The notes under the pieces were generated by a model. That model ran no database searches. It was not told the origin of the DNA and saw nothing but the letters and a program-made list of their open reading frames with translations. Both the position numbers and the translations under genes were made by a program. Shown piece by piece: positions 55,271-64,000 of a DNA stretch of 64,000 nt (the first letter of the stretch is position 1; every line of letters begins with the position of its first letter). Source of the DNA: Chloroflexota bacterium (GTDB lineage Bacteria > Chloroflexota > Anaerolineae > Anaerolineales > DRMV01); the NCBI GenBank assembly GCA_011322445.1, contig DRMV01000020.1, forward strand, positions 64,157 through 128,156. The letters are read 5' to 3'.

Positions 55271-57409
55271 CTATCGGGAAGCCAGCGCCAGCAGGTCTTC
55301 TGCCGTGACCACGCGCAGGTTTTGGGCCGCGTAGGCCACCAGGTCTTCGTAAGCCTGCCAGATGGCGGCCTGCTCTTCGGCGGTGCGGGGGGTGGAGGGG
55401 TCAGGCGCGGTCAGGTCAAAGGGCGGCGAGAGAGGGTCCTGTTTGTTGCCGTGGGCGTCGATGGTGTAGTAAAACGAACCCCAGGCCGCGGAGCCGCGGC
55501 GGTAGAAGTTGTTTTCGTGAATCAGGACGTTGACAAACGGCGGGCGGGGCGGCGAAGCCCGCCACCAGTCGTTCAGGCCATTTTGCAACAAATTCACGGG
55601 AAGATACTGCTCGCCGCCGGCGCGGGTAATCAGATTCCACCAGAAGTTGCCGCCCTCGACGCGCGCAATGCTGAAATCGGCGGGGCGGATAAGCAGCCCC
55701 TCGTCGGTGAACACCAGGGGGTGCGCGAGGTCAGCGCCTGATTCGTGGTAAACGACCACGGCCTTCGCCCCCAGGTCGGCGTACACTTTGCGCGCCGCGG
55801 CGATCACCCGCCGCGAGCCGCTTCCGCCGGTCGCCACCGTGACGGGCAGTTTCCCGAAAATTTGGGCGACGTAGGTGTAGCCCCCCGGCTGGTCACGTAG
55901 CAACTGGCCGGTGCGCATGTCCAGGCGGTAGGTTTCGTAATCACGCAGGGTCTGGTAAAGTTGCGCCTCGTCCAGGCCGTCGAGCCAGTCGCCAAAGCCT
56001 TTCACCAGGGGGTGTGGGGCACGGACGTGGTAACTGATGGTCATGCCCGAATCTTTGAGCCGCTGGATGACTTCGGGGTAGTGTTCCACGTAGGCTCGCA
56101 CCACCGGCGCGGTGACGTAAAACTCCCCCCGCGCATGGTACTTCTCGAAAAGGTTGATCAGGCGCAGCAGGGTGGCCGCGCTTTCGTCGCTGTGCACCCA
56201 GTCGTGGGTGTTGACGATGAAGGCGATGTAGCCGCGGGGGGCGGCTTCCGTGGCGGGGGCGGCGGTGGGGGAAGCCGCGGCCGGGGCGGCTTCCGCATGG
56301 CGGGGGTCGACGCCGGGGTGCGCGGCTTCCCACTGGCGGAAGGCCGCGGCCATTTGGGAATACGTCGCCCACTGCACCCGCCCCGCGGCGACCAGCGGGT
56401 CCACCACCTCGGTGAGGAAGCGGTCGATGACCTCGAAAGGGTGCTCAGGGTCGCCGCGGAATTCCCCCGGATGCACGGTAAAGTGGAAGACATTGACCTG
56501 CCCGTCCTCGGCGGCGTCCAGCGAGGCCAGCAGGCTCTTTTTCAGGAAGGCAAAATAGGCTTCATCGCCGCCGCTGTTCTGGCTGCGGCGCATGGAGGCA
56601 AAATCGGTACGGTCGTAAAGCCCCTCGGGCAGGAAAATGATCGGGCCGTTGGGGTCGTGGGTGGCAAAGGCGGTCAGGTCGTGGCCGTCGGTGCCGCCCG
56701 CTGGCCGCCAGGGGTGAATGCCGATCAGTGCCTCGTCGGTGCTCTGGGTGGCGGGGTTCTTCCAGTCGCTGTTGATTTCCAGCCCCGCGCAGGCGGCGGC
56801 TTCGTAGAGGTGGGGGTAAAGGTTGCCGCCGCTCCAGTAGCGCACCGCGTCCACCCCGCTGGCCTGCTTGATGAGACGGATTTCTTCTCTGAAGACTTCG
56901 CACCACTTTTCCGGGGGCAGTGATTCGGGGTTGTTGCCGAGGTGGGCGTCTTCGTGAAAGTGCAGGCCGATTTCATGGCCGCGGGAAGCCAGGTCGGCGA
57001 GCACGGTTTCGCCGCGCTGGACGGCCACCACGGTGAAGGGCGACTGCGCCTGCACGGTCAGATGCCCGCCGTGCTTCTCCACCACCTCGGCAAGGGTGCG
57101 CAGGTCATCCACCTGGCGGGCGAAAAAGCGGCTGTTGGCATAATCGCTCTTGCCGTTGCCCTGGAAGCCCTGGGCGGTGACGCCAAAAGGCTCGATGTGG
57201 ACGCCCATGCCAAAAAGCAGCACGCCGGGGCGGTGGGCTGCTGCGGTGGGGGCGTGGGTTAGTTGTGGGGAGGCGGGGGCAGTCGGCGCGGGGGGCTGCG
57301 TGGGACGCGCTTGAGGCGTGCGGCGGGGCGGCGGACGTCGCGGCCCGCCGGGCGCACAGCCAGCCAGCAGCAATGCCACCAACACGGCGAACCACACGAC
57401 GCGTTTCAC
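55271..57409 (-). CDS. secreted lipoprotein with two tandem polysaccharide-deacetylase-like (CE4-like) domains
   Basis: Start re-assigned to GTG 57409 (VKRVVWFAVLVALLLAGCAP, lipobox), 6 nt after AGGAGG. His-rich metal-site-like motifs LHFHEDAH and NTHDW...ISYHVRAPH. Domain assignment is tentative. Confidence 0.6.
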   Translation of the reverse strand: MKRVVWFAVLVALLLAGCAPGGPRRPPPRRTPQARPTQPPAPTAPASPQLTHAPTAAAHRPGVLLFGMGVHIEPFGVTAQGFQGNGKSDYANSRFFARQVDDLRTLAEVVEKHGGHLTVQAQSPFTVVAVQRGETVLADLASRGHEIGLHFHEDAHLGNNPESLPPEKWCEVFREEIRLIKQASGVDAVRYWSGGNLYPHLYEAAACAGLEINSDWKNPATQSTDEALIGIHPWRPAGGTDGHDLTAFATHDPNGPIIFLPEGLYDRTDFASMRRSQNSGGDEAYFAFLKKSLLASLDAAEDGQVNVFHFTVHPGEFRGDPEHPFEVIDRFLTEVVDPLVAAGRVQWATYSQMAAAFRQWEAAHPGVDPRHAEAAPAAASPTAAPATEAAPRGYIAFIVNTHDWVHSDESAATLLRLINLFEKYHARGEFYVTAPVVRAYVEHYPEVIQRLKDSGMTISYHVRAPHPLVKGFGDWLDGLDEAQLYQTLRDYETYRLDMRTGQLLRDQPGGYTYVAQIFGKLPVTVATGGSGSRRVIAAARKVYADLGAKAVVVYHESGADLAHPLVFTDEGLLIRPADFSIARVEGGNFWWNLITRAGGEQYLPVNLLQNGLNDWWRASPPRPPFVNVLIHENNFYRRGSAAWGSFYYTIDAHGNKQDPLSPPFDLTAPDPSTPRTAEEQAAIWQAYEDLVAYAAQNLRVVTAEDLLALASR

Positions 57410-57591
57410 TGCAACCTCCTGTTTCAGGCTCAACATGTGCCACGGGGAAAGATCTGAAAAGCAGTGCGTTTCTCCCCCTCGAGCAGACCACGCGCTGCCC
57501 GCACACCTGGCTTGCAGAGTCTTCACCGCGCATGTCGGGTTGTCAAATTATGCGTGTATGAGTATAGCCGAAATTCCCAAAGAGGGCAAAC

Positions 57592-57626
57592 AAAAAAAAA
57601 CCTGCACCCCCTCCTCGGAGTGCAGG
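57592..57626 (-). terminator. intrinsic terminator of the M48 peptidase gene
   Basis: The minus sense reads CCTGCAC-tccgaggagggg-GTGCAGG followed by TTTTTTTTT. Confidence 0.75.
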
Positions 57627-57652
57627 TCATCGGCATCACACCCTGGCAGCGC

Positions 57653-58816
57653 TTACGCCGCCGTGCGTTGCCAGCGCCGGGCCATCAGCACCCGGCGGGC
57701 AATGCTGGGATGATTATAGAAGAAGAATTCCACGCCTCGCGGCGGCAACGGCAGGCTCTTGTTCTGCTGCGCCAACAACACCATCACCTTCTCAAACGCT
57801 TCGGGGGCGTCGGTCATCTGCAACGCATACGCATCGGCTGCCCGCTCCACCCGACGGCTGTAAACATTGAGCAGCACTTGCAGCGCCGCCGAGAGCCACG
57901 CGACCGTCAGCGCCAGCAGGGGGAAAGTCGCCACATCCGCAGGGCCGCCGAGGCCATCCCACGTCCCCAGCGTTTGCAGCACGCCGTAGCCCACCGCCAG
58001 CATCACCACAAAGGCCACCCCCATCAGCACCATCAACTTGAGCAGGTCGTGATGCACCTTGTGCCCCAACTCGTGGGCAATGACCACCTCCACCTGCACA
58101 GGATCCGCCTCTTCCAGCAAAGTATCCGAAATAACCACCTCGTTGCCCGCCCCCTTGGGCACCACGGCCGCGTTCCCCCGGCTGCTCTTCTCGCCCGACT
58201 TGAGCACCGCGAGCCTTCCAAAACGCACCCCCGCCCGGGCGAACAGGTCACGCAGGCGCGCTTCCAGGTCAGGGTCATCCAACGGTTCGGTTTTGTAGCG
58301 CATCCGCAGGAAAACCGGCGAAAGCAAGTAAAACACCACCATAAACACCACGACCACCGCGATCAACCCCGGCAACCAGCGGTCCGGCCAGCGACGAAAG
58401 ATAAGATACAGCCCCAAAAAGAGCGCACTCTGCAAAGGAATATTCAGCGCGGTCTCTTTGATTTCATCCCACAACCAGCCGCCAAAAGACTGACGGTTGG
58501 TGCCCAGGCGCTCTTCCAGCCGGAAGCCAAAATACCAGGCCACGGGCAGATCGACCACCACCGAAACCAGCATGAACACGATGAGCGCCAGCCAGGTTGC
58601 CCACCAATGCTCGTTGGCGTGCAAGGCGTTGCGCAGCGCCACCGCCCACCCGGTGGGCAGCCAGAGCACGGCCAGCACCAAGGGAATGAGCAGGCCGACG
58701 ACAAATTGCGTCAACTGCATGCGCATCTGGTAGCGCGCTTTGGCAAGGTCTTCCCCACCCAGCGCGGCTTCCAGTTCACGCGCCACGGCTTCCAGTTCCG
58801 AGTCATAGGCTGACAT
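57653..58816 (-). CDS. M48-family (Ste24/HtpX-like) zinc metallopeptidase
   Basis: HELGHKVHHD HExxH motif in a polytopic membrane protein. Start ATG 58816 (MSAYDSELEAV) follows AGGAGG. Confidence 0.85.
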   Translation of the reverse strand: MSAYDSELEAVARELEAALGGEDLAKARYQMRMQLTQFVVGLLIPLVLAVLWLPTGWAVALRNALHANEHWWATWLALIVFMLVSVVVDLPVAWYFGFRLEERLGTNRQSFGGWLWDEIKETALNIPLQSALFLGLYLIFRRWPDRWLPGLIAVVVVFMVVFYLLSPVFLRMRYKTEPLDDPDLEARLRDLFARAGVRFGRLAVLKSGEKSSRGNAAVVPKGAGNEVVISDTLLEEADPVQVEVVIAHELGHKVHHDLLKLMVLMGVAFVVMLAVGYGVLQTLGTWDGLGGPADVATFPLLALTVAWLSAALQVLLNVYSRRVERAADAYALQMTDAPEAFEKVMVLLAQQNKSLPLPPRGVEFFFYNHPSIARRVLMARRWQRTAA

Positions 58817-59041
58817 GATTTCTTCCTCCTGAGAAAATGAGCGGCTTGGTTCGCGCTGCTGCAAGCATACCGCAATTCAAGCGCCTTGTCCTCCGTCGGG
58901 AGAATGAAACCTGCGCGAAAACGAAATCCTCCCCCAGGACAGGGCCCAACCCGTCCCCAGACCGATGCGCTCCCCGCCAAAAGGTGCGACAATGGGCGCA
59001 CAGCAAGCACCCGCTGGTGCTCATGAGAGGAGATTGCCGCG

Positions 59042-59767
59042 ATGAAAGAACCCGTGCTTCGATTACACCACCTGAGCAAGCATTTCAAAGACATCAAAGC
59101 CGTGGACAACCTGACACTGGAAGTGCATGCCGGGGAATGCTTTGGCTTTTTAGGCCCCAACGGTGCAGGAAAGACCACCACCATCGGCATGATTTTGGGG
59201 CTACTGCACCCTACAAGCGGGCACGTAGAAGTGTTTAGCCGTCCCGTGACCCCAACACACACCGCGCCCCTGCGAGAAGTGGGCGCGCTGGTTGGCTCGC
59301 CCGGATTTTACCCCTACCTTTCAGGGCGCGTCAACCTGCGCCTGCTGGCACGCCTTTACCCCTCGGCGGACGAAGCGCGCGTCGAAGCCGTGTTAGCCCA
59401 TGTAGGGCTGGAAGCCGCCGCCCACCGGAAAGTCAGAACCTACTCCACCGGCATGAAGCAACGGCTGGGGCTGGCCGCCGCCCTGCTGCACCAGCCCCGC
59501 CTGCTCATTCTGGACGAGCCCACCAACGGCCTCGACCCCGTAGGCATGGCCGAAATGCGGCAACTGCTGCGGGAACTCACTCACGACGGTGTGACCGTTT
59601 TCCTCAGTAGCCACCTGCTGCACGAAGTGGAACAGGTTTGCGATCGTGTGGCTGTGCTGAATCGCGGCCAACTGCTGGCCCACGGCCCTGTGGCCGATTT
59701 GCTCCACGGCCACCAGGACCTGGAAGCCTTTTTCATGGAAGCGATTACTCCCCATCCCCCTGCGTGA
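59042..59767 (+). CDS. ABC transporter ATP-binding protein (ABC-2 type)
   Basis: Walker A GPNGAGKTTT, signature YSTGMKQRLGLA, Walker B LLILDEPTNGLD. Confidence 0.9.
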   Translation: MKEPVLRLHHLSKHFKDIKAVDNLTLEVHAGECFGFLGPNGAGKTTTIGMILGLLHPTSGHVEVFSRPVTPTHTAPLREVGALVGSPGFYPYLSGRVNLRLLARLYPSADEARVEAVLAHVGLEAAAHRKVRTYSTGMKQRLGLAAALLHQPRLLILDEPTNGLDPVGMAEMRQLLRELTHDGVTVFLSSHLLHEVEQVCDRVAVLNRGQLLAHGPVADLLHGHQDLEAFFMEAITPHPPA

Positions 59768-59776
59768 GAGGAAACC

Positions 59777-60661
59777 ATGACCACCCTGCAGACTTTCATT
59801 CACCTGACCAGCGCCGAAAGCCGCAAACTTAGCGGCCGCGCCCTACTGTGGGCCGAAGCAGGCATCTTCGCCCTGCTGGTCGCGGGGCTGCATCTGGCCC
59901 TCATCGCCGCGTTGGCAGCGCCCCAACAGCAAGGCCTGCCGCCAGAGGCCATTGCTGCCCTCAAAGCCTCCCTGCGGTGGCCGCAGGGCTTCCTCGGTGG
60001 TCTGGCGTTTGTCGGGGGCAGCGGGCTGGGCGGCCTGTTTGTCGTGGTCCTCGCAGCCGCCCTCTCGGGGCAGGAATACACCTGGCGGACGGTGCACCTC
60101 TGGCTCAGTCGCGGCGTCGGGCGCGGCGCCTATCTGCTGAGCAAAGTGGTGGTACTCAGCGCGGCGTTGCTTTTGCTGGCACTAACCGCCTTCCTCGCCG
60201 GCGCGGCAGCCACCGGCGCTTACACCCTTCATGCCAGCGGCAGCCTGCCGTGGCACGCCCTGCCCTGGGGAAAGGCCGCCGTCGGCGTGCTGGCCGCAAC
60301 CCTGAGCCTCGCCCCCTACGCCGCGCTGGCACTGCTCACCGCCATCCTCACCCGTTCCACCCTCGCAGCCGTAGGCTTTGGCGTAGGCTACAACCTGCTG
60401 GTAGAAAACATGGCGGCCAAAGTGCTCATGCTGGCTTCCCCTCAGGCAGCGCGCATCACCCGCTACCTGCCCGCCATGCTGGGGCAAAGCCTGCTGCAAG
60501 GCGTTGCGCCGGGAACCGAGGTAAGCGTCGGCGTCACCGGCCAGTCGGGTGCCACAGCCTTGCTTTCCCCCGCGGCTGCCGCCCTGCTGCTGGCAGCCTA
60601 CACCCTCGCCGCCCTCGCCATCGCGTGGTGGGCCTTCCGCCGGCAGGATATCAGCGCCTGA
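59777..60661 (+). CDS. ABC-2-family transporter permease
   Basis: 294 aa with 6 TM helices, immediately downstream of the ATPase gene. Confidence 0.75.
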   Translation: MTTLQTFIHLTSAESRKLSGRALLWAEAGIFALLVAGLHLALIAALAAPQQQGLPPEAIAALKASLRWPQGFLGGLAFVGGSGLGGLFVVVLAAALSGQEYTWRTVHLWLSRGVGRGAYLLSKVVVLSAALLLLALTAFLAGAAATGAYTLHASGSLPWHALPWGKAAVGVLAATLSLAPYAALALLTAILTRSTLAAVGFGVGYNLLVENMAAKVLMLASPQAARITRYLPAMLGQSLLQGVAPGTEVSVGVTGQSGATALLSPAAAALLLAAYTLAALAIAWWAFRRQDISA

Positions 60662-60757
60662 CCCGCGCCGCCGTAGGGTACAATGAACCCACAGCACTGA
60701 CCGCCCACCTTTCTTCCTCGATGCCCCGCCCCTTGCTCTCACCAGGCCGCCCTGCTC

Positions 60758-62203
60758 ATGCGACTACGCTGGAAACTCACCCTTTCCTATACCCTGGTTA
60801 CGGCCGGCGCTATCCTGCTGATCGAAATTGGGCTGCTGGCCGTCGCCGCCTTCCTGCTGACCCGCGCCGATGCCCTGCCGCGCATCCTGGTGCCTATCCT
60901 GAGCGACGCCACGGCAGAACTGGCCCCTGCCCTGGAAGCCACGCCCCCTCACCGCGCCGCGCTGGAAACCTGGCTGGAAGTTCTGGTCAAAGAAGGGCGC
61001 CTGGCGCGGCCAGACCAGGACGGCCTCAAACTCAACCTGAACCCCGCCAGCCTGCAATGGGCCGTTGTCACCGACGCGCAAGGGGAATTTGTCGCTGCCT
61101 ATCCCCAACCACCCTGCGGCCAGGGGAAAGCGTTGGCCGCCTGCCTGCCCCCGGAAGCCCTGACGCTGACGGGGCGCGCCCTGGCAGGGGAGCGAAACAG
61201 CGGGCAACTCAGTTTTGCCGACGAGCAGGGATTATACGCCGCGGCCCCCATCACCGACGCCGCCGGCCATACAGTGGGTGTGCTTTTGCTACGCATCGCC
61301 TGGCCGGCCTCGCTGCGGCAATGGCCGCGCGAGGTGGTGGGCACCTTGTTACCCAGCGCGGCGCTCATCACCCTGTTTGCCGCGCTCATCGGCACGCTGT
61401 TCGGCTTCCTCACCGCCCGCGGCCTGACTCGCCGCCTGACCGCCCTCACCGCCGCAGCCGACGCCTGGAGCCGCGGCGACTTTTCCGCCCAGGTGCGCGA
61501 CCCTTCCCCCGACGAACTCGGCGCGCTGGCACGGCGGCTCAACCGCATGGCCGAGCAACTGGAAAACCTCGTCCACAGCCGGCAGGCGCTGGCCGCCCTG
61601 GAAGAACGCAACCGCCTGGCGCGTGACCTTCACGACGCGGTCAAGCAACAAGTGTTCGCTGCGGGCATGCAACTGGCCGCGGCCCGCCGCTTGCTTCCCC
61701 AGCAGCCCGAAGCCGCCCAAGACGCGGTAGCCCAGGCCGACGCGCTCATCCGGCAGGCCCAGCAGGAACTGACCGCGCTGATTCAAGAACTCCGCCCTGC
61801 CGCCCTGCAAAACAAAGGGCTGGTCGCCACCCTGCGGGAGCACCTCGAAGCGTGGGCAAGCCAAACGGGCATCGCCGCCGACTTCCGGGTGCAGCACGAA
61901 CAACGGCTGCCGCTGGAAACCGCGCAGGCGCTGCTGCGAGTGGCTCAGGAAGCCCTTGCCAACACAGCCAGGCACAGCCGCGCGCGGCACGTGCGGGTGC
62001 GCCTCACATGGAGCGAGAACGCCGTGCGCCTGACGGTGGAAGACGACGGGCAAGGCTTCGACGCGGCCGCAGTGCAGGGGCAGGGCCTGGGGCTGACCAG
62101 CATGGCCGAACGCGTCCAGACCCTCGGCGGGCACCTGGAAGTCGTTACCCGCCCCGGCGGCGGCACTCGCATCGAAGCCACCATTCCCCTGACGCCACCC
62201 TGA
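60758..62203 (+). CDS. sensor histidine kinase (2 TM - HAMP - HisKA_3 - HATPase)
   Basis: H-box ERNRLARDLHDAVKQQVF. ATPase motifs DDGQGF and GLGLTSMAERV. Confidence 0.9.
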   Translation: MRLRWKLTLSYTLVTAGAILLIEIGLLAVAAFLLTRADALPRILVPILSDATAELAPALEATPPHRAALETWLEVLVKEGRLARPDQDGLKLNLNPASLQWAVVTDAQGEFVAAYPQPPCGQGKALAACLPPEALTLTGRALAGERNSGQLSFADEQGLYAAAPITDAAGHTVGVLLLRIAWPASLRQWPREVVGTLLPSAALITLFAALIGTLFGFLTARGLTRRLTALTAAADAWSRGDFSAQVRDPSPDELGALARRLNRMAEQLENLVHSRQALAALEERNRLARDLHDAVKQQVFAAGMQLAAARRLLPQQPEAAQDAVAQADALIRQAQQELTALIQELRPAALQNKGLVATLREHLEAWASQTGIAADFRVQHEQRLPLETAQALLRVAQEALANTARHSRARHVRVRLTWSENAVRLTVEDDGQGFDAAAVQGQGLGLTSMAERVQTLGGHLEVVTRPGGGTRIEATIPLTPP

Positions 62204-62287
62204 CCTTGCTCTGGCGCGCAAACGCACGGCGCCGCCATGCCACCGCCACACTCTGGCTATACGAAGCGCCCCCAAAGGAGAATGCCC

Positions 62288-62968
62288 ATGCCCGAACCCA
62301 TCACCGTGATTATCGTGGACGACCACCGCGTGGTGCGCCAGGGCGTGCGCGCCTTCCTGGAAACCTACCCCGACATCACCGTCGTTGCCGAGGCCGCCTC
62401 GGGACAAGAAGCCGTGCAACTCGCCGCCCGCCATGCCCCCGACGTCATGCTGATGGACCTGGTCATGCCGGGCATGGATGGCGTCGAAGCCACCCGCGCC
62501 GTCAAACGCATAAGCCCGCGCACGCAGGTGATCGTGCTCACCTCCTACCACGAAGACGAGCACATCTTCCCTGCAATTCGCGGCGGGGCCATCTCGTACC
62601 TGCTCAAAGACGTCGCGCCGGAAGATCTGGCCGATGCCGTGCGCAAAGCCGCGCGAGGGGAAGCCGTGCTGCACCCCCGCGTGGCCGCCCGTTTGGTCCA
62701 GGAACTCCACGCCGCTCGCGAAACGCCTTCTTCCCTCATCCCCTCCCCTTTTGCCGAACTGACCGAACGGGAACTGGAAGTCCTCCGCCTGGTGGCGCAG
62801 GGCATGAGCAACGCGGCCATCGCCGAGCAACTGGTCATCAGCGAGCGCACGGTCAAGAGCCACGTCAGCAACATTCTGAGCAAACTGCACCTTTCCGACC
62901 GCACGCAGGCGGCGGTTTACGCCTGGCGAAAAGGGTTGATGACCGACCCGCCCGCCGGCGAAAGTTGA
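62288..62968 (+). CDS. NarL/LuxR-family response regulator
   Basis: MPEPITVIIVDDHRVVRQG receiver domain. HTH LTERELEVLRLVAQGMSNAAIAEQLVISERTVKSHVSNILSKL. Start ATG 62288 lies 8 nt after GGAG. Confidence 0.9.
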   Translation: MPEPITVIIVDDHRVVRQGVRAFLETYPDITVVAEAASGQEAVQLAARHAPDVMLMDLVMPGMDGVEATRAVKRISPRTQVIVLTSYHEDEHIFPAIRGGAISYLLKDVAPEDLADAVRKAARGEAVLHPRVAARLVQELHAARETPSSLIPSPFAELTERELEVLRLVAQGMSNAAIAEQLVISERTVKSHVSNILSKLHLSDRTQAAVYAWRKGLMTDPPAGES

Positions 62969-62987
62969 CCGCCCAGCCTTTCCCCCT

Positions 62988-64000
62988 TTAGCAAATGCGC
63001 GGCAATAAATTGCCGCCCAAAGGCGGCAGCAAACGGCGCGCGCCCAGCCGCGTTTCCAGCACAACCTGCCCCACCGGCTCGGCCAGCACCTCGCCAACGG
63101 CGCGCGCCTGCCGCCCCAGGGGATGGGCATGCAGGGCGACGAGGGCAGCCTCTGCCTCAGCAGGGGGCACAAAGGCCACAAACACCCCTTCATTGGCAAC
63201 ATAGAGCGGGTCCAGCCCCAAGAGCGCACAGGCATCGGCGGCCGCGGGGTTCACCGGCACGTCGGCCTCGCGCAACAAGATGCCCACCCCCGCCGCGCGC
63301 GCAATCTCGTGGAGCACCGTGGCAAGGCCGCCGCGCGTGGCATCGCGCAGCGTATGGGTGTGCGGGGCGGCATCCAGCAAAGCCATCACGATCTCATTCA
63401 AAGGGGCAGCGTCGCTCTCCAAATCGCTTTCCAGGTGCAGGCCTTCCCGCTGCAACATCACCGCCATACCGTGGGCGGCAATGGGGGCATTGACCAACAC
63501 CACGTCGCCGGGGCTTGCCTGCCCTGCTTCCACAGTCACCCCAGCCGGAATCCACCCCACGCCGGCCACACTGATATAAAGCCCATCGGCCTTGCCTTTT
63601 TCCACGACTTTGGTGTCGCCAGCCACCAGTTGCACACCGGCGCGTGCTGCAGCGCGCGCCATGCTTTCCGCCACCCGCCGCAGGTCGGCCACGGGGAAAC
63701 CTGCCTCGATAATGAAAGAAGCCGCCAGCCACAGCGGCCGCGCGCCCATCATTGCCAGGTCGTTGACCGTGCCAAAAACGGCCAGTTCACCAATATCGCC
63801 GCCGGGGAAGAAAAGCGGCTGCACCACGTGGCCGTCCGTACTGAAAGCCAGTCGCCCCTCCCCGTGGGGCAGCGACAACACCGCCGCGTCGTTGAGCCGC
63901 GCCAGCGTTTCATTGTGGAACGCATCCGCAAACACTTCACGAATCAAACGGGCTGTCATCTGTCCCCCAGCACCGTGGGCCAGGGTGATGTGCTCTTGGC
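62988..64000 (-). CDS. hypE: hydrogenase maturation protein HypE (gene continues past the window end)
   Basis: PurM-like fold ending in the HypE-specific C-terminus LLPRIC. The frame stays open upstream of the track start (..ITLAHGAGGQMTARLIREVF), so the true start lies beyond 64000. Confidence 0.85.
   Translation of the reverse strand, partial: QEHITLAHGAGGQMTARLIREVFADAFHNETLARLNDAAVLSLPHGEGRLAFSTDGHVVQPLFFPGGDIGELAVFGTVNDLAMMGARPLWLAASFIIEAGFPVADLRRVAESMARAAARAGVQLVAGDTKVVEKGKADGLYISVAGVGWIPAGVTVEAGQASPGDVVLVNAPIAAHGMAVMLQREGLHLESDLESDAAPLNEIVMALLDAAPHTHTLRDATRGGLATVLHEIARAAGVGILLREADVPVNPAAADACALLGLDPLYVANEGVFVAFVPPAEAEAALVALHAHPLGRQARAVGEVLAEPVGQVVLETRLGARRLLPPLGGNLLPRIC

Overview
High-GC (roughly 62-65%) bacterial chromosomal window, densely coding, with most genes from 1 to 33.3 kb on the minus strand. 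PT-rich lipoproteins, short-word intergenic repeats and a T-box leader are compatible with a Chloroflexota-like organism (low-confidence inference). No rRNA or tRNA genes, CRISPR array, intact mobile element or recognisable phage-defence system was seen. In coordinate order the window holds: (1) an Nramp transporter fragment and an amino acid permease. (2) An ~11 kb, 14-gene minus-strand glycerol/dihydroxyacetone cluster: glpF-dhaK-dhaL-glpK, a GlpA-like flavoprotein, an SdhB-like Fe-S protein, two Sdh-type membrane anchors, a small membrane protein, a methyltransferase, dhaM, HPr, a SorC regulator and ptsI. (3) An OmpR-type two-component system. (4) A LacI-regulated sugar ABC uptake operon ending in a TreS-like GH13 enzyme. 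(5) A decayed IS256-family transposase relic. (6) A NarL-type two-component system plus a lone receiver, followed by four secreted or anchored multidomain proteins of unknown function. (7) A PadR regulator with a MacB/FtsX-type ABC exporter. (8) Carbamate kinase next to two atypical carbamoyltransferases (YgeW-like and PyrB-like). (9) A PfkB kinase and parA-parB. (10) trpS behind a T-box leader. (11) The csoR-copZ-copA copper operon. (12) An SLC13 permease. (13) A secreted glycan-processing-like cluster. (14) An M48 peptidase. (15) An ABC-2 exporter with a NarL-type two-component system. (16) A partial hypE. The most interesting items are the carbamate kinase / double carbamoyltransferase module with no recognisable upstream pathway, the glycerol-3-phosphate dehydrogenase flavoprotein sitting in the SdhA slot of an Sdh-type B/C/D module, and a family of 8-10 nt periodic word arrays that fold into long hairpins in 5' untranslated regions. 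Many long ORFs in the track are antisense or alternate-frame artefacts of high GC and were rejected. Several starts were re-assigned using Shine-Dalgarno spacing and ATGA-type overlaps.
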